A DNA stretch of 64,000 nucleotides from the human T2T-CHM13v2.0 reference genome, Homo sapiens. The stretch lies in assembly GCF_009914755.1 (NCBI RefSeq), contig NC_060933.1, one strand, 5' to 3'. The number at the start of each line of letters is the position of its first letter. The stretch's first letter is position 1. The translations under genes were made by a program, and so were the position numbers. Below, in pieces: positions 11,801 to 26,800 of the stretch. The notes beneath the pieces are model-generated. The model was given only the letters and a program-made list of their open reading frames with translations, searched no databases and was not told the origin of the DNA.

Positions 11801-14800
11801 GGACATTTCGAGCGCTTTGAGGCCTATGTAGAAAAAGGAAATATCTTCCCATAAAAACTAGACAGAAGCATTCTCAGAAACTTGTTTGTGATGTGTGTAT
11901 TCAACTAACAGAGATGAACCTTTCTTTTTACAGAGCAGTTTTGAAACACTCTTTTTGTGGAATCTGAAAGTGGATATTTGGATAGCTTTGAGGATTTCGT
12001 TGGAAACGGGATTACATATAAAACCTAGAGAGAAGCATTCTCAGGAACTTCTTTGTGATGTTTGCATTCAAGTCACAGAACTGAACATTCCCTTTCATAG
12101 AGCAGGTTTGAAACACTCTTTCTGTAGTATCTGCAAGCTGACGTTTCATGCGTTTTCATGCCTATGGTGAGAAAGGAAATATCTTCAAGTAAAAACTAGA
12201 CAGAAGCATTCTCAGAAACTTATTTGCCATGTGTGTTCTCAACTAACAGAGTTGAACCTTTGTTTTGATACGGCATTTTGGAAACCCTCTTTTTGTAGAA
12301 TCTGCAGGTGGATATTCGGATAGCTTTGAAGGTTTCGTTGGAAACGGGAATATCTTCATATAAAATGTAGACGGAAGCATTCTCAGAAACTGCTTTGTGA
12401 TGTTTTCATTCAAGTCACAGAGTAGAATGTTCCCTGTTATATACCAGGTTTGAGACACTCTTTCTGCACTACCTGGAAGTGGACGTTTGGAGCGCTTTGA
12501 GGCGTATGTTGAAAAAGGAAATATCTTCCCATGAAAACTAGACAGAAGCATTCTCAGAAACTTGTTTGTGATGTGTGTATTCAACTAACAGAGATGAACC
12601 TTTCTTTTTACAGAGCAGTTTTGAAACACTCTTTTTGTGGAATCTGAAAGTGGATATTTGGATAGCTTTGAGGATTTCGTTGGAAACGGGATTACATATA
12701 AAATCTAGAGAGAAGCATTCTCAGGAACTTCTTTGTGATGTTTGCATTCACGTCACAGAACTGAACATTCCCTTTCATAGAGCATGTTTGAAACACTCTT
12801 TCTGTAGTATCTGCAAACGGACATTTCAAACGCTTTCAGGCCTATGTTGAGAAAGGAAATATCTTCAAATAAAAACTAGACAGAAGCATTCTCAGAAACT
12901 TATTTGCGATGTGTGTCCTCAACTAACAGAGTTGAACCTTTCTTTTGATACAACATTTTGGAACCACTCTTTTTGTAGAATCTGCAAGTGGATATTTGGA
13001 TAGCTTTGAAGGTTTCGTTGGAAACGGGAATATCTTCATATAAAATCAAGACAGAAGCATTCTCAGAAACTTCTCTGTGATGTTTGCATTCAACTCATAG
13101 AGTTGAACACTTCCCTTCATACAGCAGGTTTGAAACACTCTTTTTGTAATATTTGGAAGTGGACATTTGCAGCGCTTTGAGGCCTATGATGAAAAAGGAA
13201 ATATCTTCCCATAAAAACTAGACAGAAGCATTCTCAGAAACTTGTTTGTGATGTGTGTATTCAACTAACAGAGATGAACCTTTCTTTTTACAGAGCAGTT
13301 TTGAAACACTCTTTTTGTGGAATCTGAAAGTGGATATTTGGATAGCTTTGCGGATTTCGTTGGAAACGGGATTACATATAAAATCTAGGGAGAAGCATTC
13401 TCAGGAACTTCTTTGTGATGTTTGCATTCAAGTCACAGAACTGAACATTCCCTTTCATAGAGCAGGTTTGAAACACACTTTCTGTAGTATCTACAAGCGG
13501 ACGTTTCAAGCGCTTTCAGGCCTGTGGTGAAAAAGGAAATATCTTCAAATAAAAACTAGACAGAAGCATTCTCAGAAACTTATTTGCGATGTGTGTTCTC
13601 AACTAAAAGAGTTGAACCTTTGTTTGGATACAGCACTTTGGAAACACTCTTTTTGTAGAATCTGCAAGTGGATATTTGGATAGCTTTGAAGGTTTCGTTG
13701 GAAACGGGAATATCTTCATATAAAATCAAGACAGCAGCATTCTCAGAAACTTCTCTGTGATGTTTGCATTCAACTCATAGAGTTGAACACTTCCCTTCAT
13801 ACAGCAGGTTTGAAACACTCTTTTTCTAATATTTGGAAGTGGACATTTGCAGCGCTTTGAGGCCTATGTTGAAAAAGGAAATATCTTCTCCTAAAAACCA
13901 GACAGAAGCATTCTCAGAAACTTCCTTGTGATGTGTGTACTCAAGTAACAGAGTTGAACCTTCCTTTTGACAGAGCAGTTTTGAAGCACTCTTTTTGTAG
14001 AATCTGCAAGTGGATATTTTGATACCTTTGAGGATTTCGTTGGACACGGGATATCTTCATATAAAATCTAGACAGAAGCATTCTCAGAAACTTCTTTGTG
14101 CTGTATGTCCTCAATTAACAGAGTTGAACCTTTGTGTGGATACAGCATTTTGGAAACATTCCTTTAGTAGAATCTGCAAGTTGATATTTAGATAGCTAGG
14201 AAGATTTCCTTGGAAACGGGAATATCTTCATATAAAATCTAGACGGAAGCATTCTCAGAAAGTGCTTTGTGATGTTTGCATTCAAGTCACAGAGTTGAAT
14301 ATTCCCTTTTATAGAGCAGGTTTGAAACACTCTTTCTGCACTACCTGGAAGTGGACATTTGGAGGGCTTTGAGGCCTATGTTGAAAAAGGAAATATCTTC
14401 TCATAAAAACTAGACAGAAGCATTCTCAGAAACTTGTTTGTGATGTGTGTATTCAACTAACAGAGATGAACCTTTCTTTTTACAGAGCAGTTTTGAAACA
14501 CTCTTTTTGTGGAATCTGAAAGTGGATATTTGGATAGCTTTGAGGATTTCGTTGGAAACGGGATTACATATAAAACCTAGAGAGAAGCATTCTCAGGAAC
14601 TTCTTTGTGATGTTTGCATTCAAGTCACAGGACTGAACGTTCCCTTTCATAGAGCAGGTTTGAAACACTCTTTCTGTAGTATCTGCAAGCTGACGTTTCA
14701 TGCGTTTTCATGCCTATGGTGAGAAAGGAAATATCTTCAAGTAAAAACTAGACAGAAGCATTCTCAGAAACTTATTTGCCATGTGTGTTCTCAACTAACA

Positions 14801-17800
14801 GAGTTGAACCTTTGTTTTGATACGGCATTTTGGAAACCCTCTTTTTGTAGAATCTGCAGGTGGATATTCGGATAGCTTTGAAGGTTTCGTTGGAAACGGG
14901 AATATCTTCATATAAAATGTAGACGGAAGCATTCTCAGAAACTGCTTTGTGATGTTTTCATTCAAGTCACAGAGTAGAATGTTCCCTGTTATATACCAGG
15001 TTTGAGACACTCTTTCTGCACTACCTGGAAGTGGACGTTTGGAGCGCTTTGAGGCGTATGTTGAAAAAGGAAATATCTTCCCATAAAAACTAGACAGAAG
15101 CATTCTCAGAAACTTGTTTGTGATGTGTGTATTCAACTAACAGAGATGAACCTTTCTTTTTACAGAGCAGTTTTGAAACACTCTTTTTGTGGAATCTGAA
15201 AGTGGATATTTGGATAGCTTTGAGGATTTCGTTGGAAACGGGATTACATATAAAATCTAGAGAGAAGCATTCTCAGGAACTTCTTTGTGATGTTTGCATT
15301 CACGTCACTGAACTGAACATTCCCTTTCATAGAGCATGTTTGAAACACTCTTTCTGTAGTATCTGCAAACGGACATTTCAAACGCTTTCAGGCCTATGGT
15401 GAGAAAGGAAATATCTTCAAATAAAAACTAGACAGAAGCATTCTCAGAAACTTATTTGCGATGTGTGTCCTCAACTAACAGAGTTGAACCTTTCTTTTGA
15501 TACAACATTTTGGAACCACTCTTTTTGTAGAATCTGCAAGTGGATATTTGGATAGCTTTGAAGGTTTCGTTGGAAACGGGAATATCTTCATATAAAATCA
15601 AGACAGAAGCATTCTCAGAAACTTCCCTGTGATGTTTGCATTCAACTCATAGAGTTGAACACTTCCTTTCATACAGCAGGTTTGAAACACTCTTTTTCTA
15701 ATATTTGGAAGTGGACATTTGCAGCGCTTTGAGGCCTAAGTTGAAAAAGGAAATATCTTCTCCTAAAAACCAGACAGAAGCATTCTCAGAAACTTCCTTG
15801 TGATGTGTGTACTCAAGTAACAGAGTTGAACCTTCCTTTTGACAGAGCAGTTTTGAAGCACTCTTTTTGTAGAATCTGCAAGTGGATATTTTGATACCTT
15901 TGAGGATTTCGTTGGACACGGGATATCTTCATATAAAATCTAGACAGAAGCATTCTCAGAAACTTCTTTGTGCTGTATGTCCTCAATTAACAGAGTTGAA
16001 CCTTTGTGTGGATACAGCATTTTGGAAACATTCCTTTAGTAGAATCTGCAAGTTGATATTTAGATAGCTAGGAAGATTTCCTTGGAAACGGGAATATCTT
16101 CATATAAAATCTAGACGGAAGCATTCTCAGAAAGTGCTTTGTGATGTTTGCATTCAAGTCACAGAGTTGAATATTCCCTTTTATAGAGCAGGTTTGAAAC
16201 ACTCTTTCTGCACTACCTGGAAGTGGACATTTGGAGGGCTTTGAGGCCTATGTTGAAAAAGGAAATATCTTCCCATAAAAACTAGACAGAAGCATTCTCA
16301 GAAACTTGTTTGTGATGTGTGTATTCAACTAACAGAGATGAACCTTTCTTTTTACAGAGCAGTTTTGAAACACTCTTTTTGTGGAATCTGAAAGTGGATA
16401 TTTGGATAGCTTTGAGGATTTCGTTGGAAACGGGATTACATATAAAACCTAGAGAGAAGCATTCTCAGGAACTACTTTGTGATGTTTGCTTTCAAGTCAC
16501 AGGACTGAACATTCCCTTTCATAGAGCAGGTTTGAAACACTCTTTCTGTAGTATCTGCAAGCTGACGTTTCAAGCGCTTTCAGGCCTATGGTGAGAAAGG
16601 AAATATCTTCAAGTAAAAACTAGACAGAAGCATTCTCAGAAACTTATTTGCCATGTGTGTTCTCAACTAACAGAGTTGAACCTTTGTTTTGATGCGGCAT
16701 TTTGGAAACACTCTTTTTGTAGAATCTGCAGGTGGATATTCGGATAGCTTTGAAGGTTTCGTTGGAAACGGGAATATCTTCATATAAAATCTGGACGGAA
16801 GCATTCTCAGAAACTGCTTTGTGATGTTTTCATTCAAGTCACAGAGTAGAATGTTCCCTGTTATATACCAGGTTTGAGACACTCTTTCTGCACTACCTGG
16901 AAGTGGACGTTTGGAGCGCTTTGAGGCCTATGTTGAAAAAGGAAATATCTTCCCATAAAAACTAGACAGAAGCATTCTCAGAAACTTGTTTGTGATGTGT
17001 GTATTCAACTAACAGAGATGAACCTTTCTTTTTACAGAGCAGTTTTGAAACACTCTTTTTGTGGAATCTGAAAGTGGATATTTGGATAGCTTTGAGGATT
17101 TCGTTGGAAACGGGATTACATATAAAATCTAGAGAGAAGCATTCTCAGGAACTTCTTTGTGATGTTTGCATTCACGTCACAGAACTGAACATTCCCTTTC
17201 ATAGAGCATGTTTGAAACACTCTTTCTGTAGTATCTGCAAACGGACATTTCAAACGCTTTCAGGCCTATGTTGAGAAAGGAAATATCTTCAAATAAAAAC
17301 TAGACAGAAGCATTCTCAGAAACTTATTTGCGATGTGTGTCCTCAACTAACAGAGTTGAACCTTTCTTTTGATACAACATTTTGGAACCACTCTTTTTGT
17401 AGAATCTGCAAGTGGATATTTGGATAGCTTTGAAGGTTTCGTTGGAAACGGGAATATCTTCATATAAAATCAAGACAGAAGCATTCTCAGAAACTTCTCT
17501 GTGATGTTTGCATTCAACTCATAGAGTTGAACACTTCCCTTCATACTGCAGGTTTGAAACACTCTTTTTGTAATATTTGGAAGTGGACATTTGCAGCGCT
17601 TTGAGGCCTATGTTGAAAAAGGAAATATCTTCCCATAAAAACTAGACAGAAGCATTCTCAGAAACTTGTTTGTGATGTGTGTATTCAACTAACAGAGATG
17701 AACCTTTCTTTTTACAGAGCAGTTTTGAAACACTCTTTTTGTGGAATCTGAAAGTGGATATTTGGATAGCTTTGCGGATTTCGTTGGAAACGGGATTACA

Positions 17801-20800
17801 TATAAAATCTAGGGAGAAGCATTCTCAGGAACTTCTTTGTGATGTTTGCATTCAAGTCACAGAACTGAACATTCCCTTTCATAGAGCAGGTTTGAAACAC
17901 TCTTTCTGTAGTATCTACAAGCGGACGTTTCAAGCGCTTTCAGGCCTGTGGTGAAAAAGGAAATATCTTCAAATAAAAACTAGACAGAAGCATTCTCAGA
18001 AACTTATTTGCGATGTGTGTTCTCAACTAAAAGAGTTGAACCTTTGTTTGGATACAGCACTTTGGAAACACTCTTTTTGTAGAATCGGCAAGTGGATATT
18101 TGGATAGCTTTGAAGGTTTCGTTGGAAACGGGAATATCTTCATATAAAATCAAGACAGCAGCATTCTCAGAAACTTCTCTGTGATGTTTGCATTCAACTC
18201 ATAGAGTTGAACACTTCCCTTCATACAGCAGGTTTGAAACACTCTTTTTCTAATATTTGGAAGTGGACATTTGCAGCGCTTTGAGGCCTATGTTGAAAAA
18301 GGAAATATCTTCTCCTAAAAACCAGACAGAAGCATTCTCAGAAACTTCCTTGTGATGTGTGTACTCAAGTAACAGAGTTGAACCTTCCTTTTGACAGAGC
18401 AGTTTTGAAGCACTCTTTTTGTAGAATCTGCAAGTGGATATTTTGATACCTTTGAGGATTTCGTTGGACACGGGATATCTTCATATAAAATCTAGACAGA
18501 AGCATTCTCAGAAACTTCTTTGTGCTGTATGTCCTCAATTAACAGAGTTGAACCTTTGTGTGGATACAGCATTTTGGAAACATTCCTTTAGTAGAATCTG
18601 CAAGTTGATATTTAGATAGCTAGGAAGATTTCCTTGGAAACGGGAATATCTTCATATAAAATCTAGACGGAAGCATTCTCAGAAAGTGCTTTGTGATGTT
18701 TGCATTCAAGTCACAGAGTTGAATATTCCCTTTTATAGAGCAGGTTTGAAACACTCTTTCTGCACTACCTGGAAGTGGACATTTGGAGGGCTTTGAGGCC
18801 TATGTTGAAAAAGGAAATATCTTCTCATAAAAACTAGACAGAAGCATTCTCAGAAACTTGTTTGTGATGTGTGTATTCAACTAACAGAGATGAACCTTTC
18901 TTTTTACAGAGCAGTTTTGAAACACTCTTTTTGTGGAATCTGAAAGTGGATATTTGGATAGCTTTGAGGATTTCGTTGGAAACGGGATTACATATAAAAC
19001 CTAGAGAGAAGCATTCTCAGGAACTTCTTTGTGATGTTTGCATTCAAGTCACAGGACTGAACGTTCCCTTTCATAGAGCAGGTTTGAAACACTCTTTCTG
19101 TAGTATCTGCAAGCTGACGTTTCATGCGTTTTCATGCCTATGGTGAGAAAGGAAATATCTTCAAGTAAAAACTAGACAGAAGCATTCTCAGAAACTTATT
19201 TGCCATGTGTGTTCTCAACTAACAGAGTTGAACCTTTGTTTTGATACGGCATTTTGGAAACCCTCTTTTTGTAGAATCTGCAGGTGGATATTCGGATAGC
19301 TTTGAAGGTTTCGTTGGAAACGGGAATATCTTCATATAAAATGTAGACGGAAGCATTCTCAGAAACTGCTTTGTGATGTTTTCATTCAAGTCACAGAGTA
19401 GAATGTTCCCTGTTATATACCAGGTTTGAGACACTCTTTCTGCACTACCTGGAAGTGGACGTTTGGAGCGCTTTGAGGCGTATGTTGAAAAAGGAAATAT
19501 CTTCCCATAAAAACTAGACAGAAGCATTCTCAGAAACTTGTTTGTGATGTGTGTATTCAACTAACAGAGATGAACCTTTCTTTTTACAGAGCAGTTTTGA
19601 AACACTCTTTTTGTGGAATCTGAAAGTGGATATTTGGATAGCTTTGAGGATTTCGTTGGAAACGGGATTACATATAAAATCTAGAGAGAAGCATTCTCAG
19701 GAACTTCTTTGTGATGTTTGCATTCACGTCACTGAACTGAACATTCCCTTTCATAGAGCATGTTTGAAACACTCTTTCTGTAGTATCTGCAAACGGACAT
19801 TTCAAACGCTTTCAGGCCTATGGTGAGAAAGGAAATATCTTCAAATAAAAACTAGACAGAAGCATTCTCAGAAACTTATTTGCGATGTGTGTCCTCAACT
19901 AACAGAGTTGAACCTTTCTTTTGATACAACATTTTGGAAACACTCTTTTTGTAGAATCTGCAAGTGGATATTTGGATAGCTTTGAAGGTTTCGTTGGAAA
20001 CGGGAATATCTTCATATAAAATCAAGACAGAAGCATTCTCAGAAACTTCCCTGTGATGTTTGCATTCAACTCATAGAGTTGAACACTTCCTTTCATACAG
20101 CAGGTTTGAAACACTCTTTTTCTAATATTTGGAAGTGGACATTTGCAGCGCTTTGAGGCCTAAGTTGAAAAAGGAAATATCTTCTCCTAAAAACCAGACA
20201 GAAGCATTCTCAGAAACTTCCTTGTGATGTGTGTACTCAAGTAACAGAGTTGAACCTTCCTTTTGACAGAGCAGTTTTGAAGCACTCTTTTTGTAGAATC
20301 TGCAAGTGGATATTTTGATACCTTTGAGGATTTCGTTGGACACGGGATATCTTCATATAAAATCTAGACAGAAGCATTCTCAGAAACTTCTTTGTGCTGT
20401 ATGTCCTCAATTAACAGAGTTGAACCTTTGTGTGGATACAGCATTTTGGAAACATTCCTTTAGTAGAATCTGCAAGTTGATATTTAGATAGCTAGGAAGA
20501 TTTCCTTGGAAACGGGAATATCTTCATATAAAATCTAGACGGAAGCATTCTCAGAAAGTGCTTTGTGATGTTTGCATTCAAGTCACAGAGTTGAATATTC
20601 CCTTTTATAGAGCAGGTTTGAAACACTCTTTCTGCACTACCTGGAAGTGGACATTTGGAGGGCTTTGAGGCCTATGTTGAAAAAGGAAATATCTTCCCAT
20701 AAAAACTAGACAGAAGCATTCTCAGAAACTTGTTTGTGATGTGTGTATTCAACTAACAGAGATGAACCTTTCTTTTTACAGAGCAGTTTTGAAACACTCT

Positions 20801-23800
20801 TTTTGTGGAATCTGAAAGTGGATATTTGGATAGCTTTGAGGATTTCGTTGGAAACGGGATTACATATAAAACCTAGAGAGAAGCATTCTCAGGAACTACT
20901 TTGTGATGTTTGCTTTCAAGTCACAGGACTGAACATTCCCTTTCATAGAGCAGGTTTGAAACACTCTTTCTGTAGTATCTGCAAGCTGACGTTTCAAGCG
21001 CTTTCAGGCCTATGGTGAGAAAGGAAATATCTTCAAGTAAAAACTAGACAGAAGCATTCTCAGAAACTTATTTGCCATGTGTGTTCTCAACTAACAGAGT
21101 TGAACCTTTGTTTTGATGCGGCATTTTGGAAACACTCTTTTTGTAGAATCTGCAGGTGGATATTCGGATAGCTTTGAAGGTTTCGTTGGAAACGGGAATA
21201 TCTTCATATAAAATCTGGACGGAAGCATTCTCAGAAACTGCTTTGTGATGTTTTCATTCAAGTCACAGAGTAGAATGTTCCCTGTTATATACCAGGTTTG
21301 AGACACTCTTTCTGCACTACCTGGAAGTGGACGTTTGGAGCGCTTTGAGGCCTATGTTGAAAAAGGAAATATCTTCCCATAAAAACTAGACAGAAGCATT
21401 CTCAGAAACTTGTTTGTGATGTGTGTATTCAACTAACAGAGATGAACCTTTCTTTTTACAGAGCAGTTTTGAAACACTCTTTTTGTGGAATCTGAAAGTG
21501 GATATTTGGATAGCTTTGAGGATTTCGTTGGAAACGGGATTACATATAAAATCTAGAGAGAAGCATTCTCAGGAACTTCTTTGTGATGTTTGCATTCACG
21601 TCACAGAACTGAACATTCCCTTTCATAGAGCATGTTTGAAACACTCTTTCTGTAGTATCTGCAAACGGACATTTCAAACGCTTTCAGGCCTATGTTGAGA
21701 AAGGAAATATCTTCAAATAAAAACTAGACAGAAGCATTCTCAGAAACTTATTTGCGATGTGTGTCCTCAACTAACAGAGTTGAACCTTTCTTTTGATACA
21801 ACATTTTGGAACCACTCTTTTTGTAGAATCTGCAAGTGGATATTTGGATAGCTTTGAAGGTTTCGTTGGAAACGGGAATATCTTCATATAAAATCAAGAC
21901 AGAAGCATTCTCAGAAACTTCTCTGTGATGTTTGCATTCAACTCATAGAGTTGAACACTTCCCTTCATACTGCAGGTTTGAAACACTCTTTTTGTAATAT
22001 TTGGAAGTGGACATTTGCAGCGCTTTGAGGCCTATGTTGAAAAAGGAAATATCTTCCCATAAAAACTAGACAGAAGCATTCTCAGAAACTTGTTTGTGAT
22101 GTGTGTATTCAACTAACAGAGATGAACCTTTCTTTTTACAGAGCAGTTTTGAAACACTCTTTTTGTGGAATCTGAAAGTGGATATTTGGATAGCTTTGCG
22201 GATTTCGTTGGAAACGGGATTACATATAAAATCTAGGGAGAAGCATTCTCAGGAACTTCTTTGTGATGTTTGCATTCAAGTCACAGAACTGAACATTCCC
22301 TTTCATAGTGCAGGTTTGAAACACTCTTTCTGTAGTATCTACAAGCGGACGTTTCAAGCGCTTTCAGGCCTGTGGTGAAAAAGGAAATATCTTCAAATAA
22401 AAACTAGACAGAAGCATTCTCAGAAACTTATTTGCGATGTGTGTTCTCAACTAAAAGAGTTGAACCTTTGTTTGGATACAGCACTTTGGAAACACTCTTT
22501 TTGTAGAATCTGCAAGTGGATATTTGGATAGCTTTGAAGGTTTCGTTGGAAACGGGAATATCTTCATATAAAATCAAGACAGAAGCATTCTCAGAAACTT
22601 CTCTGTGATGTTTGCATTCAACTCATAGAGTTGAACACTTCCCTTCATACAGCAGGTTTGAAACACTCTTTTTCTAATATTTGGAAGTGGACATTTGCAG
22701 GGCTTTGAGGCCTATGTTGAAAAAGGAAATATCTTCTCCTAAAAACCAGACAGAAGCATTCTCAGAAACTTCCTTGTGATGTGTGTACTCAAGTAACAGA
22801 GTTGAACCTTCCTTTTGACAGAGCAGTTTTGAAGCACTCTTTTTGTAGAATCTGCAAGTGGATATTTTGATACCTTTGAGGATTTCGTTGGACACGGGAT
22901 ATCTTCATATAAAATCTAGACAGAAGCATTCTCAGAAACTTCTTTGTGCTGTATGTCCTCAATTAACAGAGTTGAACCTTTGTGTGGATACAGCATTTTG
23001 GAAACATTCCTTTAGTAGAATCTGCAAGTTGATATTTAGATAGCTAGGAAGATTTCCTTGGAAACGGGAATATCTTCATATAAAATCTAGATGGAAGCAT
23101 TCTCAGAAAGTGCTTTGTGATGTTTGCATTCAAGTCACAGAGTTGAATATTCCCTTTTATAGAGCAGGTTTGAAACACTCTTTCTGCAGTACCTGGAAGT
23201 GGACATTTGGAGCGCTTTGAGGCCTATGTTGAAAAAGGAAATATCTTCCCATAAAAACTAGACAGAAGCATTCTCAGAAACTTGTTTGTGATGTGTGTAT
23301 TCAACTAACAGAGATGAACCTTTCTTTTTACAGAGCAGTTTTGAAACACTCTTTTTGTGGAATCTGAAAGTGGATATTTGGATAGCTTTGAGGATTTCGT
23401 TGGAAACGGGATTACATATAAAACCTAGAGAGAAGCATTCTCAGGAACTACTTTGTGATGTTTGCCTTCAAGTCACAGGACTGAACATTCCCTTTCATAG
23501 AGCAGGTTTGAAACACTCTTTCTGTAGTATCTGCAAGCTGACGTTTCAAGCGCTTTCAGGCCTATGGTGAGAAAGGAAATATCTTCAAGTAAAAACTAGA
23601 CAGAAGCATTCTCAGAAACTTATTTGCCATGTGTGTTCTCAACTAACAGAGTTGAACCTTTGTTTTGATGCGGCATTTTGGAAACACTCTTTTTGTAGAA
23701 TCTGCAGGTGGATATTCGGATAGCTTTGAAGGTTTCGTTGGAAACGGGAATATCTTCATATAAAATCTGGACGGAAGCATTCTCAGAAACTGCTTTGTGA

Positions 23801-26800
23801 TGTTTTCATTCAAGTCACAGAGTAGAATGTTCCCTGTTATATACCAGGTTTGAGACACTCTTTCTGCACTACCTGGAAGTGGACGTTTGGAGCGCTTTGA
23901 GGCCTATGTTGAAAAAGGAAATATCTTCCCATAAAAACTAGACAGAAGCATTCTCAGAAACTTGTTTGTGATGTGTGTATTCAACTAACAGAGATGAACC
24001 TTTCTTTTTACAGAGCAGTTTTGAAACACTCTTTTTGTGGAATCTGAAAGTGGATATTTGGATAGCTTTGAGGATTTCGTTGGAAACGGGATTACATATA
24101 AAATCTAGAGAGAAGCATTCTCAGGAACTTCTTTGTGATGTTTGCATTCACGTCACAGAACTGAACATTCCCTTTCATAGAGCATGTTTGAAACACTCTT
24201 TCTGTAGTATCTGCAAACGGACATTTCAAACGCTTTCAGGCCTATGTTGAGAAAGGAAATATCTTCAAATAAAAACTAGACAGAAGCATTCTCAGAAACT
24301 TATTTGCGATGTGTGTCCTCAACTAACAGAGTTGAACCTTTCTTTTGATACAACATTTTGGAACCACTCTTTTTGTAGAATCTGCAAGTGGATATTTGGA
24401 TAGATTTGAAGGTTTCGTTGGAAACGGGAATATCTTCATATAAAATCAAGACAGAAGCATTCTCAGAAACTTCTCTGTGATGTTTGCATTCAACTCATAG
24501 AGTTGAACACTTCCCTTCATACTGCAGGTTTGAAACACTCTTTTTGTAATATTTGGAAGTGGACATTTGCAGCGCTTTGAGGCCTATGTTGAAAAAGGAA
24601 ATATCTTCCCATAAAAACTAGACAGAAGCATTCTCAGAAACTTGTTTGTGATGTGTGTATTCAACTAACAGAGATGAACCTTTCTTTTTACAGAGCAGTT
24701 TTGAAACACTCTTTTTGTGGAATCTGAAAGTGGATATTTGGATAGCTTTGCGGATTTCGTTGGAAACGGGATTACATATAAAATCTAGGGAGAAGCATTC
24801 TCAGGAACTTCTTTGTGATGTTTGCATTCAAGTCACAGAACTGAACATTCCCTTTCATAGTGCAGGTTTGAAACACTCTTTCTGTAGTATCTACAAGCGG
24901 ACGTTTCAAGCGCTTTCAGGCCTGTGGTGAAAAAGGAAATATCTTCAAATAAAAACTAGACAGAAGCATTCTCAGAAACTTATTTGCGATGTGTGTTCTC
25001 AACTAAAAGAGTTGAACCTTTGTTTGGATACAACATTTTGGAAACACTCTTTTTGTAGAATCTGCAAGTGGATATTTGGATAGCTTTGAAGGTTTCGTTG
25101 GAAACGGGAATATCTTCATATAAAATCAAGACAGAAGCATTCTCAGAAACTTCTCTGTGATGTTTGCATTCAACTCATAGAGTTGAACACTTCCCTTCAT
25201 ACAGCAGGTTTGAAACACTCTTTTTCTAATATTTGGAAGTGGACATTTGCAGGGCTTTGAGGCCTATGTTGAAAAAGGAAATATCTTCTCCTAAAAACCA
25301 GACAGAAGCATTCTCAGAAACTTCCTTGTGATGTGTGTACTCAAGTAACAGAGTTGAACCTTCCTTTTGACAGAGCAGTTTTGAAGCACTCTTTTTGTAG
25401 AATCTGCAAGTGGATATTTTGATACCTTTGAGGATTTCGTTGGACACGGGATATCTTCATATAAAATCTAGACAGAAGCATTCTCAGAAACTTCTTTGTG
25501 CTGTATGTCCTCAATTAACAGAGTTGAACCTTTGTGTGGATACAGCATTTTGGAAACATTCCTTTAGTAGAATCTGCAAGTTGATATTTAGATAGCTAGG
25601 AAGATTTCCTTGGAAACGGGAATATCTTCATATAAAATCTAGATGGAAGCATTCTCAGAAAGTGCTTTGTGATGTTTGCATTCAAGTCACAGAGTTGAAT
25701 ATTCCCTTTTATAGAGCAGGTTTGAAACACTCTTTCTGCACTACCTGGAAGTGGACATTTGGAGCGCTTTGAGGCCTATGTTGAAAAAGGAAATATCTTC
25801 CCATAAAAACTAGACAGAAGCATTCTCAGAAACTTGTTTGTGATGTGTGTATTCAACTAACAGAGATGAACCTTTCTTTTTACAGAGCAGTTTTGAAACA
25901 CTCTTTTTGTGGAATCTGAAAGTGGATATTTGGATAGCTTTGAGGATTTCGTTGGAAACGGGATTACATATAAAACCTAGAGAGAAGCATTCTCAGGAAC
26001 TTCTTTGTGATGTTTGCATTCAAGTCACAGAACTGAACATTCCCTTTCATAGAGCAGGTTTGAAACACTCTTTCTGTAGTATCTGCAAGCTGACGTTTCA
26101 TGCGTTTTCAGGCCTATGGTGAGAAAGGAAATATCTTCAAGTAAAAACTAGACAGAAGCATTCTCAGAAACTTATTTGCCATGTGTGTTCTCAACTAACA
26201 GAGTTGAACCTTTGTTTTGATACGGCATTTTGGAAACACTCTTTTTGTAGAATCTGCAGGTGGATATTCGGATAGCTTTGAAGGTTTCGTTGGAAACGGG
26301 AATATCTTCATATAAAATCTACACGGAAGCATTCTCAGAAACTGCTTTGTGATGTTCTCATTCAAGTCACAGAGTAGAATGTTCCCTGTTATATACCAGG
26401 TTTGAGACACTCTTTCTGCACTACCTGGAAGTGGACGTTTGGAGCGCTTTGAGGCGTATGTTGAAAAAGGAAATATCTTCCCATAAAAACTAGACAGAAG
26501 CATTCTCAGAAACTTATTTGCGATGTGTGTTCTCAACTAAAAGAGTTGAACCTTTGTTTGGATACAGCACTTTGGAAACACTCTTTTTGTAGAATCTGCA
26601 AGTGGATATTTGGATAGCTTTGAAGGTTTCGTTGGAAACGGGAATATCTTCATATAAAATCAAGACAGAAGCATTCTCAGAAACTTCTCTGTGATGTTTG
26701 CATTCAACTCATAGAGTTGAACACTTCCCTTCATACAGCAGGTTTGAAACACTCTTTTTCTAATATTTGGAAGTGGACATTTGCAGCGCTTTGAGGCCTA

